Shown here: positions 42,201-51,592 of the stretch, one piece after another
How the letters are laid out: each line of letters begins with the position of its first letter
Position numbering within the stretch: the first letter of the stretch is position 1
Assembly (NCBI GenBank): GCA_965237955.1
Contig: OZ250169.1
Coordinates: 1,728,001 to 1,792,000 of the forward strand
Direction: 5' to 3'
DNA length: 64,000 nucleotides
Source of the DNA: Candidatus Marinacidobacterales bacterium
GTDB taxonomy: Bacteria; Acidobacteriota; Vicinamibacteria; Marinacidobacterales; SMYC01
Translations under genes and position numbers: made by a program
The notes under the pieces: model-generated
Databases searched by the model: none
What the model saw: the letters and a program-made list of their open reading frames with translations, nothing else
What the model was told of the DNA's origin: nothing

Positions 42201-42422
42201 ATCGAAGCGTTGAAAGAGGCCGGAAGGCTTCGGTTGCGACCGATTCTGATGACGACGTCGACGACCGTGCTCGGACTCCTGCCGATGGCGCTCGGACTGG
42301 GCGAGGGGAGCGAGCTTCGGGCACCGATGGCGATCACCGTGATTGGCGGCCTTCTCGTAGCGACGCTGCTGACGCTTCTCATCATCCCAGCCGTTTACTC
42401 AGTTGTGGACCGAACGGCCTAA
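39255..42422 (+). CDS. RND efflux permease (second subunit)
   Basis: GLVVDNSIVVLE, ASQFES, RLRPILMT; 1055 aa. Confidence 0.95.
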   Translation: MKIVNFSTRRPVTILVFFIAAVVFGVVAFRDLTVDLLPEITYPSLTVKTEFEGTAPSEVESLITKPIENAVGVVNNVVRVISSSRSDTSEVTLEFGWDTNMDMAALDVRERLDLVVLPDDAERPVLLRYDPSLDPIMRLGLYGDEDLIRLRLIGEQDVKRLLERVEGVAAVLVSGGLEEEIHVELDERRIANLGLSASQVVSRLAAENVNLTGGRLQDGQTEYLVRTINEFERPSDMRHIVIDPTRRDIRLEDVARISRGHKEREVVSRIDGREAVEIAIYKEGGTNTVTVAQAVQERVVTLEERLERLGEGLELQLITDQSRYIRQSVSEVLSTAFIGGSLAILVLMLFLRNIKSTLIIGVSIPVSVIATFFLMFVSGISLNIMSLGGITLGIGLVVDNSIVVLEAIQRKREEGLGAVEAARKGGGEVGQAVIASTLTTVCVFVPIVFVEGVAGQLFGDQALTVTFSLTVSLIVALTLIPMLASRQFARPPKDDVPDHQRSPVGQAAIAVVGFIGLWIARVVKWSARGLVYVVLGILYFPSKLFHVVYGAITDFYPRVQGAVLKRPVPVIGATLVAFLASLLLVGQLGSELVPELIQGEFFVNTELPPGTHLELNEKRMAILEREAMNLPGVTSVYTVVGSSNEQGGTAGELRENIGQLTMTLEPPSSLEREDALMEAFRPLLESEEDLLYRFGRPTYFSFKTPIEVEIRGFNLSLLKRLAEELMARMGQIDGLVDIKSSTEGGNPELQIRFDRDRLATLGYNVNEVASLVRSKVLGDVATDITREDRTIDIRLRAQEQFRDSVADLRNLNIAQTGTTPIPLAAVASVVETQGPAEIRRSDGERAALITANLVARDLASASAAIQAELEDMTLPVEFDWRMGGQQQEMETSFASMRFAILLAVFLVYLVMASQFESLLHPFVILFSVPFSLIGVLVTLYLLNVTVSVVVLIGVIMLAGIVVNNAIILVDTTNRLRREGRAKIEALKEAGRLRLRPILMTTSTTVLGLLPMALGLGEGSELRAPMAITVIGGLLVATLLTLLIIPAVYSVVDRTA

Positions 42423-42447
42423 TCTGCCATCGGCCAGAAGAAAAAGC

Positions 42448-42558
42448 TCAACGCAAAGGCGCAGAGTCGCAAAGGCGCAAAGTGAGCGCCCGCGTCATCA
42501 ACGATGCCCCTTTCCCCGCCGACCTTTGCGTCTTCGCGCCTTTGCGTCTTTGCGTTGA
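42448..42558. repeat. Palindromic REP-like element built from 8-mer repeats (CGCAAAGG / CTTTGCG)
   Basis: Arms 42448-42482 and 42524-42558 are imperfect reverse complements. Confidence 0.75.
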
Positions 42559-42655
42559 AAGAATTGGGTTGCGGCGCTGCCGCGCTGTGCGTCAGTGCCT
42601 CCGTGGTTATAATTGATTATCGAGGGTTGCATGGTTGGAACGGAGCTGACTTCAC

Positions 42656-44068
42656 ATGGCGCAGGACGAAATCGGAACGGAAGCGAATCCTCTTCGAGTT
42701 GCCATCATTGGCGCGGGGCCGACGGGCTTTTATACGGCCGGGCACCTGTTCAAACAGAAAGATTACGTCGTCGAGGTCGATGTTTACGATCGGCTACCCA
42801 CGCCTTTCGGACTGGTGCGCGGCGGAGTGGCGCCGGACCATCAGAAGATCAAGTCGGTCACGAAGGCGTACGATCGCATTGCTTCGAACCCACGTTTCCG
42901 CTACTACGGCTTCGTCGAGTTCGGAATCGACGTGCACCTCGAGGATTTGAAAAAGCACTACCATCAGATCATCTTCACCGTCGGTGCTCAGATCGATCGC
43001 AGCATGGGGATTCCCGGTGAAGACTTGAAGCGGAGCCATGCGGCGACCGAGTTCGTCGCCTGGTACAACGGTCATCCCGACTATCGCGATCGCGAGTTCG
43101 ATCTTTCCCAGGAAGCTTGCGCGGTGGTCGGTGTCGGCAACGTCGCTGTGGACGTTTGCCGCATTCTCTGTCGCAGCCGGGGCGAGCTCGAGCAAACCGA
43201 CATTGCGGATTACGCGCTCGAAGCGATCGCCAATAGCAACGTGAAAACGGTCTATATGCTCGGACGCCGCGGTCCGGCGCAGGCAGCATTCACCAACCCC
43301 GAGATCAAAGAGCTAGGAGAAATGGAGGGCGCGGACATCCGGGTGCCGGAAAAAGATGCCGCTCTCGACGATGCCACCAGGAAGTTCATGGAGCAAAACC
43401 CCGACAAGGGTACCGATCGTAAAATCGAGATTCTTCAGCGCTACGCTTCCGAGAAGCGCACGGGAAAACCCAAGACGCTGGTGCTCCGCTTCTCGGTTTC
43501 CCCGGTCGAGCTCATCGCTCGAGAGGACGGTGGCGTGGGAGCCTTGAAACTCGTCGAGAACGATCTTTACTTGAACGAGCGCGGGACGATCCGTCCGCGC
43601 GCGAGCGATCGATACGAGGAAATTCCGGTGGGGCTCGTCTTTCGCTCCGTCGGCTACTACGGCGTCGCACTTCCGGGCGTTCCGTTCCGCGAGGACTGGG
43701 GTGTCGTTCCCAACGAGAAAGGGCGCGTGCTCGAGCGTCCTGATGAGCCCGAGAGCGCCGTCAAAGGCCTCTACTGCGCCGGCTGGATCAAGCGCGGGCC
43801 TTCCGGTGTCATTGGCACCAACAAGCCGGACGCACTCGAAACGGTCGAATGCATGCTGGAAGACGTCGGCAGGAGCGAGGTTTTCGATCCGGTCGCACCC
43901 GGCGTCGACGCGGCCCGAAACCTGGTCCGAGAGCGCAAACCGAACTATTTTTCCTACGATGATTGGAGAAAGCTCGACGCGCTCGAAATCGAGCGAGCCG
44001 GAGGCACGGGAGCTCCGAGAGTGAAGTTTACGTTGGTCGAAGAGATGCAGGCGGCGCTCGGACGTTGA
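42656..44068 (+). CDS. Ferredoxin/adrenodoxin--NADP+ reductase (FprA-like)
   Basis: IIGAGPTG, PFGLVRGGVAPDH, GNVAVD, GRRGP, GWIKRGPSGVIGTN. Confidence 0.92.
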   Translation: MAQDEIGTEANPLRVAIIGAGPTGFYTAGHLFKQKDYVVEVDVYDRLPTPFGLVRGGVAPDHQKIKSVTKAYDRIASNPRFRYYGFVEFGIDVHLEDLKKHYHQIIFTVGAQIDRSMGIPGEDLKRSHAATEFVAWYNGHPDYRDREFDLSQEACAVVGVGNVAVDVCRILCRSRGELEQTDIADYALEAIANSNVKTVYMLGRRGPAQAAFTNPEIKELGEMEGADIRVPEKDAALDDATRKFMEQNPDKGTDRKIEILQRYASEKRTGKPKTLVLRFSVSPVELIAREDGGVGALKLVENDLYLNERGTIRPRASDRYEEIPVGLVFRSVGYYGVALPGVPFREDWGVVPNEKGRVLERPDEPESAVKGLYCAGWIKRGPSGVIGTNKPDALETVECMLEDVGRSEVFDPVAPGVDAARNLVRERKPNYFSYDDWRKLDALEIERAGGTGAPRVKFTLVEEMQAALGR

Positions 44069-45171
44069 TGCCGATACGAATGCTCACCAAGCCAACGTTC
44101 GTCGCTTTGCTGGTTGTTCTGGTGGTGATTGCATCTGCGTCGTGCTCGACGGAGACGAAGGCGCCGCCGAGTTATGGCGAGCTCGTCGAACAGCTGTCCG
44201 AAGAAGGCGGCTACTTCGATACCGACAACCTCATCTCGAACGAGACCGCGTACGTCCAAGTTGTCGAAGACCTCGAGCCCGCAGGTGGGCTCTACATCGG
44301 TGTCGGACCCGAACAGAACTTTCACTATATCGGCCGGCTGCGACCGTCGTGGGCGTTCATCGTGGACGTTCGCCGCGACAACATGCTGCACCACCTGCTG
44401 CTCAACGCGCTTCTCGCAAAGGCGGAGACGCCGCCGGACTACCTGTGTGAGCTGTTCTCTCGGAGCTGCGATATTCCTCTGGTGTTCGAGGACTTCGATG
44501 CGCTGGTCGCGGCAGTCGACGCCGCCACGCCCGACGAAAATCTCTATCGTAGGAACTTGAAGACCGTTTTCGACCACGTGGAGAATCACTTGGAGTTCCC
44601 TCTCAGCGACGACGACCGCCACGTTATCGAGCTCATCTACCGCGCGTACTTCGAAGAACAACTCGGCCTGCGGTTTCGAAGTCATGGTCGACGGCCGATG
44701 CCGCACCATCCGACGTACCGGCGCTTACTCACAGCCGAGGCCTCTGATGGCACTCTCGGCCACTTTCTCTCGCGCCCCGACGACTACGCGTTCGTGCGCG
44801 AGCTTGCCGACTCAGGCCGACTCGTGCCAGTAATAGGGGACTTTGCCGGCGAGCACGCGCTCCGTAGCATCGGACGTTTCGTCGAGGAGCAAGGCGAGAC
44901 GGTGACTGCGTTCTACGTTTCGAATGTGGAGTTCTATTTGATCAGACGCGGTGTCTTTCCAACCTACGTCGAGAACGTCCGGGCATTGCCGCTCACGAAT
45001 TCGGCCCAGTTCATTCGAGCCTACTTCAGTTACGGGTACCCTCACCCCGAAGCCCTTCCTGGACATCGCAGCACGCTCGTTCGCCAGAAAATGAATCGGT
45101 TCTTGGAGTTGTTCGACGATGGTGCTTTCCTCAACTATTGGGATGTGAGTACCTTGGACTACGAACCATGA
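44068..45171 (+). CDS. Conserved hypothetical exported protein
   Basis: GYFDTDNLISNE, YIGVGPEQNF.YI, FYVSNVEFYL. Confidence 0.75.
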   Translation: MPIRMLTKPTFVALLVVLVVIASASCSTETKAPPSYGELVEQLSEEGGYFDTDNLISNETAYVQVVEDLEPAGGLYIGVGPEQNFHYIGRLRPSWAFIVDVRRDNMLHHLLLNALLAKAETPPDYLCELFSRSCDIPLVFEDFDALVAAVDAATPDENLYRRNLKTVFDHVENHLEFPLSDDDRHVIELIYRAYFEEQLGLRFRSHGRRPMPHHPTYRRLLTAEASDGTLGHFLSRPDDYAFVRELADSGRLVPVIGDFAGEHALRSIGRFVEEQGETVTAFYVSNVEFYLIRRGVFPTYVENVRALPLTNSAQFIRAYFSYGYPHPEALPGHRSTLVRQKMNRFLELFDDGAFLNYWDVSTLDYEP

Positions 45172-45605
45172 GCTCGCTCGAGTGGAAACGCATCCGCGTC
45201 GACTGGCAAGAGCTCCTCGATGCCTTCGACGATGGGTCTGCCGAACATCGTTATTACCTCGATCGCGAGACCGGTGCCGTCCACTTCTTTTCGGAGTATC
45301 TGGACAACGAAGATGAGGAGGAAGACGAGCGCGCCATCACCTCCGAGAAGCGCTATGTGCAAATCCCGCAAGCACGCCGCACGGTTTCGACCGACGAGCT
45401 CCGAGAGTTCATCGCGTCGCTTCAAGATGGGAGCGAGCGGAGGGTGTTGACGACGGCTCTCCGGGCTTCAGGTGGGTACCGACATTTCCGAGAGGCGGTC
45501 GATGCGTTGCCTGCGGTTCGCGAAGAATGGCAACAGTTTACCCACGAAAGCTTGAAGGAGCGCATCGAACAGTGGCTATCCGAGGTGAGCGTCGAGCCGC
45601 TCTAG
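45168..45605 (+). CDS. UPF0158 family protein
   Basis: YYLDRETG.V, RYVQIP, GYRHFRE..W. Confidence 0.8.
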   Translation: MSSLEWKRIRVDWQELLDAFDDGSAEHRYYLDRETGAVHFFSEYLDNEDEEEDERAITSEKRYVQIPQARRTVSTDELREFIASLQDGSERRVLTTALRASGGYRHFREAVDALPAVREEWQQFTHESLKERIEQWLSEVSVEPL

Positions 45606-46715
45606 CGCCCACGCTAGCTCTTCCCGGACACTTTCCGTTTCCTCGCGCTCGAGTCGCGACGCCAAGGGCTTTTTCGCGCGCGCGTCTCCGAGTTGCCCGA
45701 GCGCCCAGCCGGCGTGAGCTCGCACCAGAGGCTCTCCGTGAGCGAGCGCTTCGATGAGAGGCGGCACCGCGACAGGGTCGTCGCTATTGCCGAGCGCCAC
45801 CGCGACGTTGCGCAGAAATCCCGGATAGCGCGCTCTTCGAATCGCACTTCCTTTGGTGGCTGCGGTGAAGCTTTCATGGCTCATGCGAAGCATCGCGATG
45901 AGATCCATCGAGCCCAGCGGCTCCCTTGGGAAGAATGTCGCTTCTTCGCTTTTTTTCGCGAATCGATTCCATGGACAAACGTCCTGGCAATCGTCACAGC
46001 CATAAATGCGATCTCCGATGAGAGGCCGGAGCTCGCGCGGGATAGATCCTCGAAGCTCGATCGTCAGATACGATATGCACAGTCGGCTGTCGACCACGTA
46101 GGGCTCGACGATCGCCCGTGTCGGGCAGACGTCGATGCAGCGTGTGCACGTACCGCAGTGATCGCCTGTAGGTGCATCGACGGGAAGCTCGAGCGGTATC
46201 AGAATCTCACCGAGGAAGAACCACGAGCTCCCGTCTTGAGACAGCAAGTTCGAGTGCTTTCCCATCCATCCGAGGCCCGCGGCCACCGCGTACGATTTCT
46301 CGAGCACCGGCCCGGTATCGACGTAGAGTTTCGTCGTCACCTCGCACGTCGTTTCGATGAAATCAGCGACTTCTTTCAGCTTTGATTGCAGGACGAGATG
46401 GTAGTCGTCGCCCCTGGCGTAGCTCGAGATGACACCGTGCAGCGGGCGCGAGGGCGAGGGCGAGCTTGGTGGTCCTTGATAGTAGTTGAGGGCACAGCAC
46501 ACGAGCGTGTGGGCGTTCGCGAGGCTTCGGGCCGCATCCGTGCGGCGGCCGGGATCGCGATCCATCCAGCGCATCTCGCCGTGGTAGCCGCGACGAAGCC
46601 ATTCCTCGAGATGGGGAGCTTCCTCGTCCAAGCGTGCGCGGGTGAAGCCCACTTTTTCGAAACCCGCTGCATGCGCTTTGGCGGTGATAGCCTGTTTGAG
46701 CTCGGTGTCCGTCAT
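45576..46715 (-). CDS. queG: Epoxyqueuosine reductase
   Basis: YARGDDYH, VDTGPVLEK, CGTCTRCIDVCPT, YGCDDCQDVCPWN, HEAT tail. Confidence 0.95.
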   Translation of the reverse strand: MTDTELKQAITAKAHAAGFEKVGFTRARLDEEAPHLEEWLRRGYHGEMRWMDRDPGRRTDAARSLANAHTLVCCALNYYQGPPSSPSPSRPLHGVISSYARGDDYHLVLQSKLKEVADFIETTCEVTTKLYVDTGPVLEKSYAVAAGLGWMGKHSNLLSQDGSSWFFLGEILIPLELPVDAPTGDHCGTCTRCIDVCPTRAIVEPYVVDSRLCISYLTIELRGSIPRELRPLIGDRIYGCDDCQDVCPWNRFAKKSEEATFFPREPLGSMDLIAMLRMSHESFTAATKGSAIRRARYPGFLRNVAVALGNSDDPVAVPPLIEALAHGEPLVRAHAGWALGQLGDARAKKPLASRLEREETESVREELAWALERLDAHLG

Positions 46716-46746
46716 CGCTTCAGGTTAGAATAGCGCGCTCATACCG

Positions 46747-46986
46747 ATGTTCAAGCTCGATAGCACCATCGCGACGCTGAACACGCTCGAGGTCGGCTCG
46801 CTCGACAAGATCGGCGAGCAGCTCGTCGCGGTGCGAGAGGAACTTGGCCGCCACAACCTCGAGGATTTGGTCGAGAAGGTGGACGCGTGCCGCACCGCGC
46901 TCGAAAGTGGCGAGCTCGAAGAGTTTCGACGCCTGCGCGAGACCATCGTAAGCCGCCTGGGGCATCTCCGCGTCAAGTTGCAATAA
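46747..46986 (+). CDS. Small hypothetical protein
   Basis: 79-aa helical ORF with host-like codon usage. Confidence 0.6.
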   Translation: MFKLDSTIATLNTLEVGSLDKIGEQLVAVREELGRHNLEDLVEKVDACRTALESGELEEFRRLRETIVSRLGHLRVKLQ

Positions 46987-47005
46987 CCGGTAGGCCTGCC
47001 TGCTT

Positions 47006-47035
47006 TTGACACGTCGCCTCCGGGATTGGTATAGT
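47006..47035 (+). promoter_or_regulatory. Putative sigma70 promoter
   Basis: TTGACA-18 nt-TATAGT with TG extension. Confidence 0.55.
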
Positions 47036-47081
47036 GCGCAGCTCCGGCGTTACTCCCGACCGCGTCGAAGAAGCTGACGGC

Positions 47082-48125
47082 ATGGGCTTTCAACTCCCGA
47101 ATCGACCGGCACCGTTGTCGGCGCGCGCGGAACCGCGCAACCCTCGCACCACCGCGGGCGATCTCTTCAAGACGGGACAGCTGTGCCAGCCCTTGCTGGA
47201 GCGGGTGAATCACGGTCGTGACCAGGTGGCGTTCGATTACCTTGCCAGAGAGACTTCGCTCGAAGTTCTCAACGACTGCATCCGGCGCATTCCAGATCAG
47301 CAGCTGACGGACTTCCTGATTGAGCACCTCCTGATGACGGCGTCGCTCCTGTCGTCGGAAGCGTTCACCGGAGTCGACGAGATTCGTGAAGAATTGAAAG
47401 AGCTGAGTCTCGGGGTCTCGGCGGACCCGAAGCAGGCGCGCGCGCTACGACCGTCGGGTCGAAAAGCTCGGGCAGTACTTTTTCGCCCTCGGGAGGCGGC
47501 TCCACCAACTCGAAGGGTCGATGGCCAATTGCCCGCTCACGGGAAGCGCGGAGCAGCTTCGAGGACTCTATGGCCAGCGCGTACGGGATCTCGCGGGCGA
47601 CGTTTCCCGTTGAAACGTGACGAGGCGCGAGCCGACGATGACGCCGAGTTTCTCGAAGGGCGTCTCGACGCCGTCGTAGACGAGCTCGGGCTCCGCTTGC
47701 GGGAAGTGCAGGACACGTTGAACGCGACTCTGTTCGAGCAGCTTGTCCTGATCGATGCGTCGCTGACGAGAAAGAAGCTTTTCCGGCGAGACCCGGGGAA
47801 CGTCGTCGACGTTGGGCGTCTTCTGGACTGGCTCGGCAACGCGTTGGATCGCGCCAAGGAGTTCGACGAGGGTCGACGTAGCGACCAGCTCGAGCGCGTC
47901 AAGACGCTTCTGCGCGAATTCACGCCCAAAGAATACCTGTCCTTTTCCGGGCTTCGAGATTCGGACCAGGCGCTGTTTTTGCGGTGCATCGAAGACCTGG
48001 AACGCTACCAGCTGAGCGCGGAGCCCGGCCAAGACGATCCCATCAAAGTGTTCTTGCTCTTGACCGGAGATTTCATCGCTGGGTTGCGTCGGCAGCACCG
48101 AGACTCCGAATCGGATATCGATTAG
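47082..48125 (+). CDS. Hypothetical protein, probably with compensating frameshifts around 47435-47600
   Basis: Helical, host-like composition at both ends; Arg/Pro-rich off-frame-looking middle. Confidence 0.55.
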   Translation: MGFQLPNRPAPLSARAEPRNPRTTAGDLFKTGQLCQPLLERVNHGRDQVAFDYLARETSLEVLNDCIRRIPDQQLTDFLIEHLLMTASLLSSEAFTGVDEIREELKELSLGVSADPKQARALRPSGRKARAVLFRPREAAPPTRRVDGQLPAHGKRGAASRTLWPARTGSRGRRFPLKRDEARADDDAEFLEGRLDAVVDELGLRLREVQDTLNATLFEQLVLIDASLTRKKLFRRDPGNVVDVGRLLDWLGNALDRAKEFDEGRRSDQLERVKTLLREFTPKEYLSFSGLRDSDQALFLRCIEDLERYQLSAEPGQDDPIKVFLLLTGDFIAGLRRQHRDSESDID

Positions 48126-48144
48126 AAACGAGCTACGGCCTCCC

Positions 48145-49332
48145 ATGTTCGATCAGCCTCGTGAGCTCTTCCGCGCCTCGCTGAGGGAAATCGAAGAGGC
48201 CGGCCTCGAAAAAAGCGAGCGGGTCATCGGCTCACGTCAAGGCGCGAGCATTTCGGTGGCCAGCGGCGAAGTCTTGAACTTCTGCGCCAACAACTACCTC
48301 GGCCTCTCGAGCGACCCCCAGATCCTCGAGGCGGCGCACCACGGTCTGGACGAGCGTGGGTTCGGGTTGTCATCGGTGCGATTCATCTGCGGTACGCAAG
48401 ATATTCATAAAGAGCTCGAAGGCAATATCTCGCGTTTCCTCGGCACCGACGACACCATCCTCTATAGCTCTTGCTTCGACGCCAACGGGGGTCTCTTCGA
48501 GACCATCCTTTCCGAGGACGACGCGATCATCAGTGATTCCCTCAACCACGCGAGCATCATCGACGGCGTACGCCTTTGTAAGGCGAAGCGTTTCCGCTAC
48601 CAAAACCGGGATATGAAGGACCTCGAAGCGAAGCTCGAGGAAGCGACCAGCGCCCGGCAGCGGATGATCGCGACCGATGGCGTCTTCAGTATGGACGGTA
48701 CCTACGCAACCCTCGCAGAAATTTGCGATTTGGCGGAGCGGTACAACGCGATGGTCATGGTCGACGACTCCCACGCAACCGGTTTCGTCGGCGAGACCGG
48801 ACGGGGTACTCCGGAGCTTTTCGGTGTGCAGGAGCGCGTCGACGTCGTCACGTCCACCCTTGGCAAAGCCCTCGGCGGTGCCGCGGGCGGATTCACATCG
48901 GGCCGCCAAGAGATCGTCGATTTGTTGCGGCAACGATCACGCCCTTATTTGTTCTCGAACTCTCTTGCTCCGGTCATCGTGTCCGCTGCCAACAAGGCTC
49001 TCACGATCCTCGAAACGAGCTCGGACCACCGAAAACGTTTGATGGACAACACCGAACACTTCCGAAGCGCGATGAAAGAGCGCGGCTTCGACGTCGTCGA
49101 GGGCACCCACCCTATTGTCCCCATCATGCTCGGCGACGCCCGCCTCGCCCGGGACATCGCCAAAGACATGCTCGACGAAGGGATCTACGTGATCGGCTTC
49201 AGTTTTCCGGTGGTTCCGAAAGGCCAGGCACGTATCCGGGTCCAGCTATCCGCTGCGCATACCCGCGAACACGTCGATCGTGCGATCGAGGCATTCACGA
49301 AGATCGGCAAGAAGCGCGGCGTGATCCGCTGA
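48145..49332 (+). CDS. kbl: Glycine C-acetyltransferase (2-amino-3-ketobutyrate CoA ligase)
   Basis: [39 protein letters not shown]. Confidence 0.96.
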   Translation: MFDQPRELFRASLREIEEAGLEKSERVIGSRQGASISVASGEVLNFCANNYLGLSSDPQILEAAHHGLDERGFGLSSVRFICGTQDIHKELEGNISRFLGTDDTILYSSCFDANGGLFETILSEDDAIISDSLNHASIIDGVRLCKAKRFRYQNRDMKDLEAKLEEATSARQRMIATDGVFSMDGTYATLAEICDLAERYNAMVMVDDSHATGFVGETGRGTPELFGVQERVDVVTSTLGKALGGAAGGFTSGRQEIVDLLRQRSRPYLFSNSLAPVIVSAANKALTILETSSDHRKRLMDNTEHFRSAMKERGFDVVEGTHPIVPIMLGDARLARDIAKDMLDEGIYVIGFSFPVVPKGQARIRVQLSAAHTREHVDRAIEAFTKIGKKRGVIR

Positions 49333-49446
49333 GTCGTCAATCGTCGCGAACGCTCGTTCCGTCGAGGGACCAGCGTGGGAAGCTGGCTGGTCCTTCCGTG
49401 AGCGGTGCCGTCCGGCAAGGAAAGCTGATGGCCGATGGCCGGATCG

Positions 49447-49488
49447 AAAAACGCCCCCTCCCCGCTGATGCAAGAAGGGGGCGTTTTT
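49447..49488. terminator. Bidirectional intrinsic terminator between kbl and dnaK
   Basis: AAAAACGCCCCCT...GGGGGCGTTTTT. Confidence 0.75.
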
Positions 49489-49489
49489 C

Positions 49490-51400
49490 TTAATTGTTCA
49501 CTTCAGTATATTCGGCATCCACCACATCTTCATCATCAGTGGGCGAGCCGTTCGGCGCTTCCGCCGTCGTCTCGCTGGCCGCTTGCGTGTTCTGGTAGAG
49601 CTTTTCGGCCATGGCGTGGGACGCCTTGGTGAGGCGCTCTTCCGCCGCCTTCATGGCACTGAGGTCGCCGTCGCCGCTGTCGAGCTTCTCTTTGGCTTCG
49701 ACGAGAGCAGCTTCGACGTCGCTTACGATCGACGCATCCAAGTTGGACTTGTTCTCGTCGAGGCTCCGCTCGGTCGTGAAGATCGCGGTGTCGAGGTGGT
49801 TCTTGGCTTCCACCGCTTGGCGAAGCTTCTGATCCTCGACCCGGTTCGCTTCGGACTCCTTGACCATCCCGTCGATCTCTTCCTTGCTGAGACCGCTCGA
49901 GCTGGTGATGGTGATGCTCTGTTCTTTCCCGGTAGCCCGGTCCTTCGCGCTGACGTTCACGATGCCGTTGGCATCGATGTCGAAGGTGACCTCGATTTGA
50001 GGGACACCGCGCTGGGCGGGCGGGATTCCGACGAGCTCGAACTGCCCGAGGGTCCGGTTGTCTTTGGCCATCTCGCGCTCGCCCTGAAGGACGTGCACGC
50101 CGACGCTCGGCTGATTATCGGCCGCTGTCGAAAAGACCTCGCTCTTTTGAACGGGGATCGTGGTGTTGCGGTCGATCAGCTTCGTGAAGACGCCACCGAG
50201 GGTCTCGATCCCGAGCGACAGAGGTGTTACGTCGAGCAACAAGACGTTCTTGACGTCGCCCTGCAGGACGCCGGCCTGAATCGCCGCGCCGATCGAAACG
50301 ACCTCGTCCGGGTTGACGCCCTTGTGGGGTTCCTTCCCGAAGAGCTCTTGGACCATTTCCTGGACCTTTGGGATACGCGTCGAGCCACCGACGAGAACGA
50401 CTTCGTCGATTTTCGACGTGTCGATGTCGGCGTCCTTTAGCGCTCGCTTGCAAGGCTCGAGCGCCCGGTCGAACAAGTCGGCAACCAGTTGCTCGAATTT
50501 CGCTCGCGAGAGCTTCAGCTGTAGATGCTTCGGACCCGAGGCGTCTGCGGTCACGAACGGCAAGTTGATCTCGGTCTCGACGGACGTCGAGAGCTCGATC
50601 TTCGCGCGCTCTGCAGCTTCTTTCAGCCGCTGCAACGCCATCTTGTCGGCCGCGAGGTCGATGCCCTGGTCTTTCTTGAATTCCTGCACCATCCAATCGA
50701 TCACACGCTGGTCGAGATCGTCGCCACCGAGGTGGGTATCGCCACCCGTGGCCATGACCTCGATGACACCATCGCCGACTTCGAGGATGGAGATATCGAA
50801 CGTACCACCGCCGAAATCGAACACCGCGATGGTCTCTTCTTCTTTCTTGTCGAGCCCGTAGGCCAGTGCTGCGGCCGTCGGCTCGTTGATGATGCGCTGC
50901 ACGTTGAGCCCGGCGATCTTGCCGGCGTCTTTGGTCGCCTGTCGCTGAGCGTCGTTGAAGTACGCCGGGACCGTGATCACGGCGTCGGTCACTTTCTCGC
51001 CGAGATAGTCCTCGGCCGCCTGCTTGAGCTTTTCCAGCACGAGCGCGGAAATCTCAGGAGGCGAATAGCTCTTGGCCCCCGCCTTCACTCGGACATCGCC
51101 GTTTTTGCCGTTTTCGACCTCGAACGGCACCATCGAGATCTCGCCTTTGACCTCGTCGTAACGCCGTCCCATGAATCGCTTGATGGAGTACACGGTGTTC
51201 TCGGGGTTGGTGATCGCCTGGCGGCGAGCCACCTGTCCTATTAGTCGCTGTCCGTCCTTATTGAAGGCGACGACACTCGGAGTCACACGATCGCCCTCCG
51301 AGTTCACGATGACCTTCGGCTCGCCACCCTCGATAACTGAGACCACCGAGTTGGTGGTGCCGAGGTCGATTCCAATTGACTTGCCATTGTTCTGGCCCAT
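49490..51400 (-). CDS. dnaK: Chaperone DnaK
   Basis: [35 protein letters not shown]. Confidence 0.98.
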   Translation of the reverse strand: MGQNNGKSIGIDLGTTNSVVSVIEGGEPKVIVNSEGDRVTPSVVAFNKDGQRLIGQVARRQAITNPENTVYSIKRFMGRRYDEVKGEISMVPFEVENGKNGDVRVKAGAKSYSPPEISALVLEKLKQAAEDYLGEKVTDAVITVPAYFNDAQRQATKDAGKIAGLNVQRIINEPTAAALAYGLDKKEEETIAVFDFGGGTFDISILEVGDGVIEVMATGGDTHLGGDDLDQRVIDWMVQEFKKDQGIDLAADKMALQRLKEAAERAKIELSTSVETEINLPFVTADASGPKHLQLKLSRAKFEQLVADLFDRALEPCKRALKDADIDTSKIDEVVLVGGSTRIPKVQEMVQELFGKEPHKGVNPDEVVSIGAAIQAGVLQGDVKNVLLLDVTPLSLGIETLGGVFTKLIDRNTTIPVQKSEVFSTAADNQPSVGVHVLQGEREMAKDNRTLGQFELVGIPPAQRGVPQIEVTFDIDANGIVNVSAKDRATGKEQSITITSSSGLSKEEIDGMVKESEANRVEDQKLRQAVEAKNHLDTAIFTTERSLDENKSNLDASIVSDVEAALVEAKEKLDSGDGDLSAMKAAEERLTKASHAMAEKLYQNTQAASETTAEAPNGSPTDDEDVVDAEYTEVNN

Positions 51401-51528
51401 GTGTCGCCACTCCTCTCTAAACTGTTGTTAAATCGTGGGTTGAGCAAACTCAGCACCACGCTACGGAAGTAGTATACAGGAACCACGGGCACGAGTCAAC
51501 AAAAACGAGTGCTACAGCATTAAATAAC

Positions 51529-51557
51529 TTGACATATCTAGACTAACATATTAGTCT
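51529..51557 (+). promoter_or_regulatory. clpB promoter with overlapping palindromic operator candidate
   Basis: TTGACA-17 nt-TAGTCT; AGACTAA-CATA-TTAGTCT at 51540-51557. Confidence 0.65.
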
Positions 51558-51592
51558 TACTCGACCTCGATTAGGGAGAGATCGTAGAACCT

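Noticed and set aside
51490-51516. CIRCE element
   Set aside because: Only the right half-site (GAGTGCTA) matches; the left half does not.
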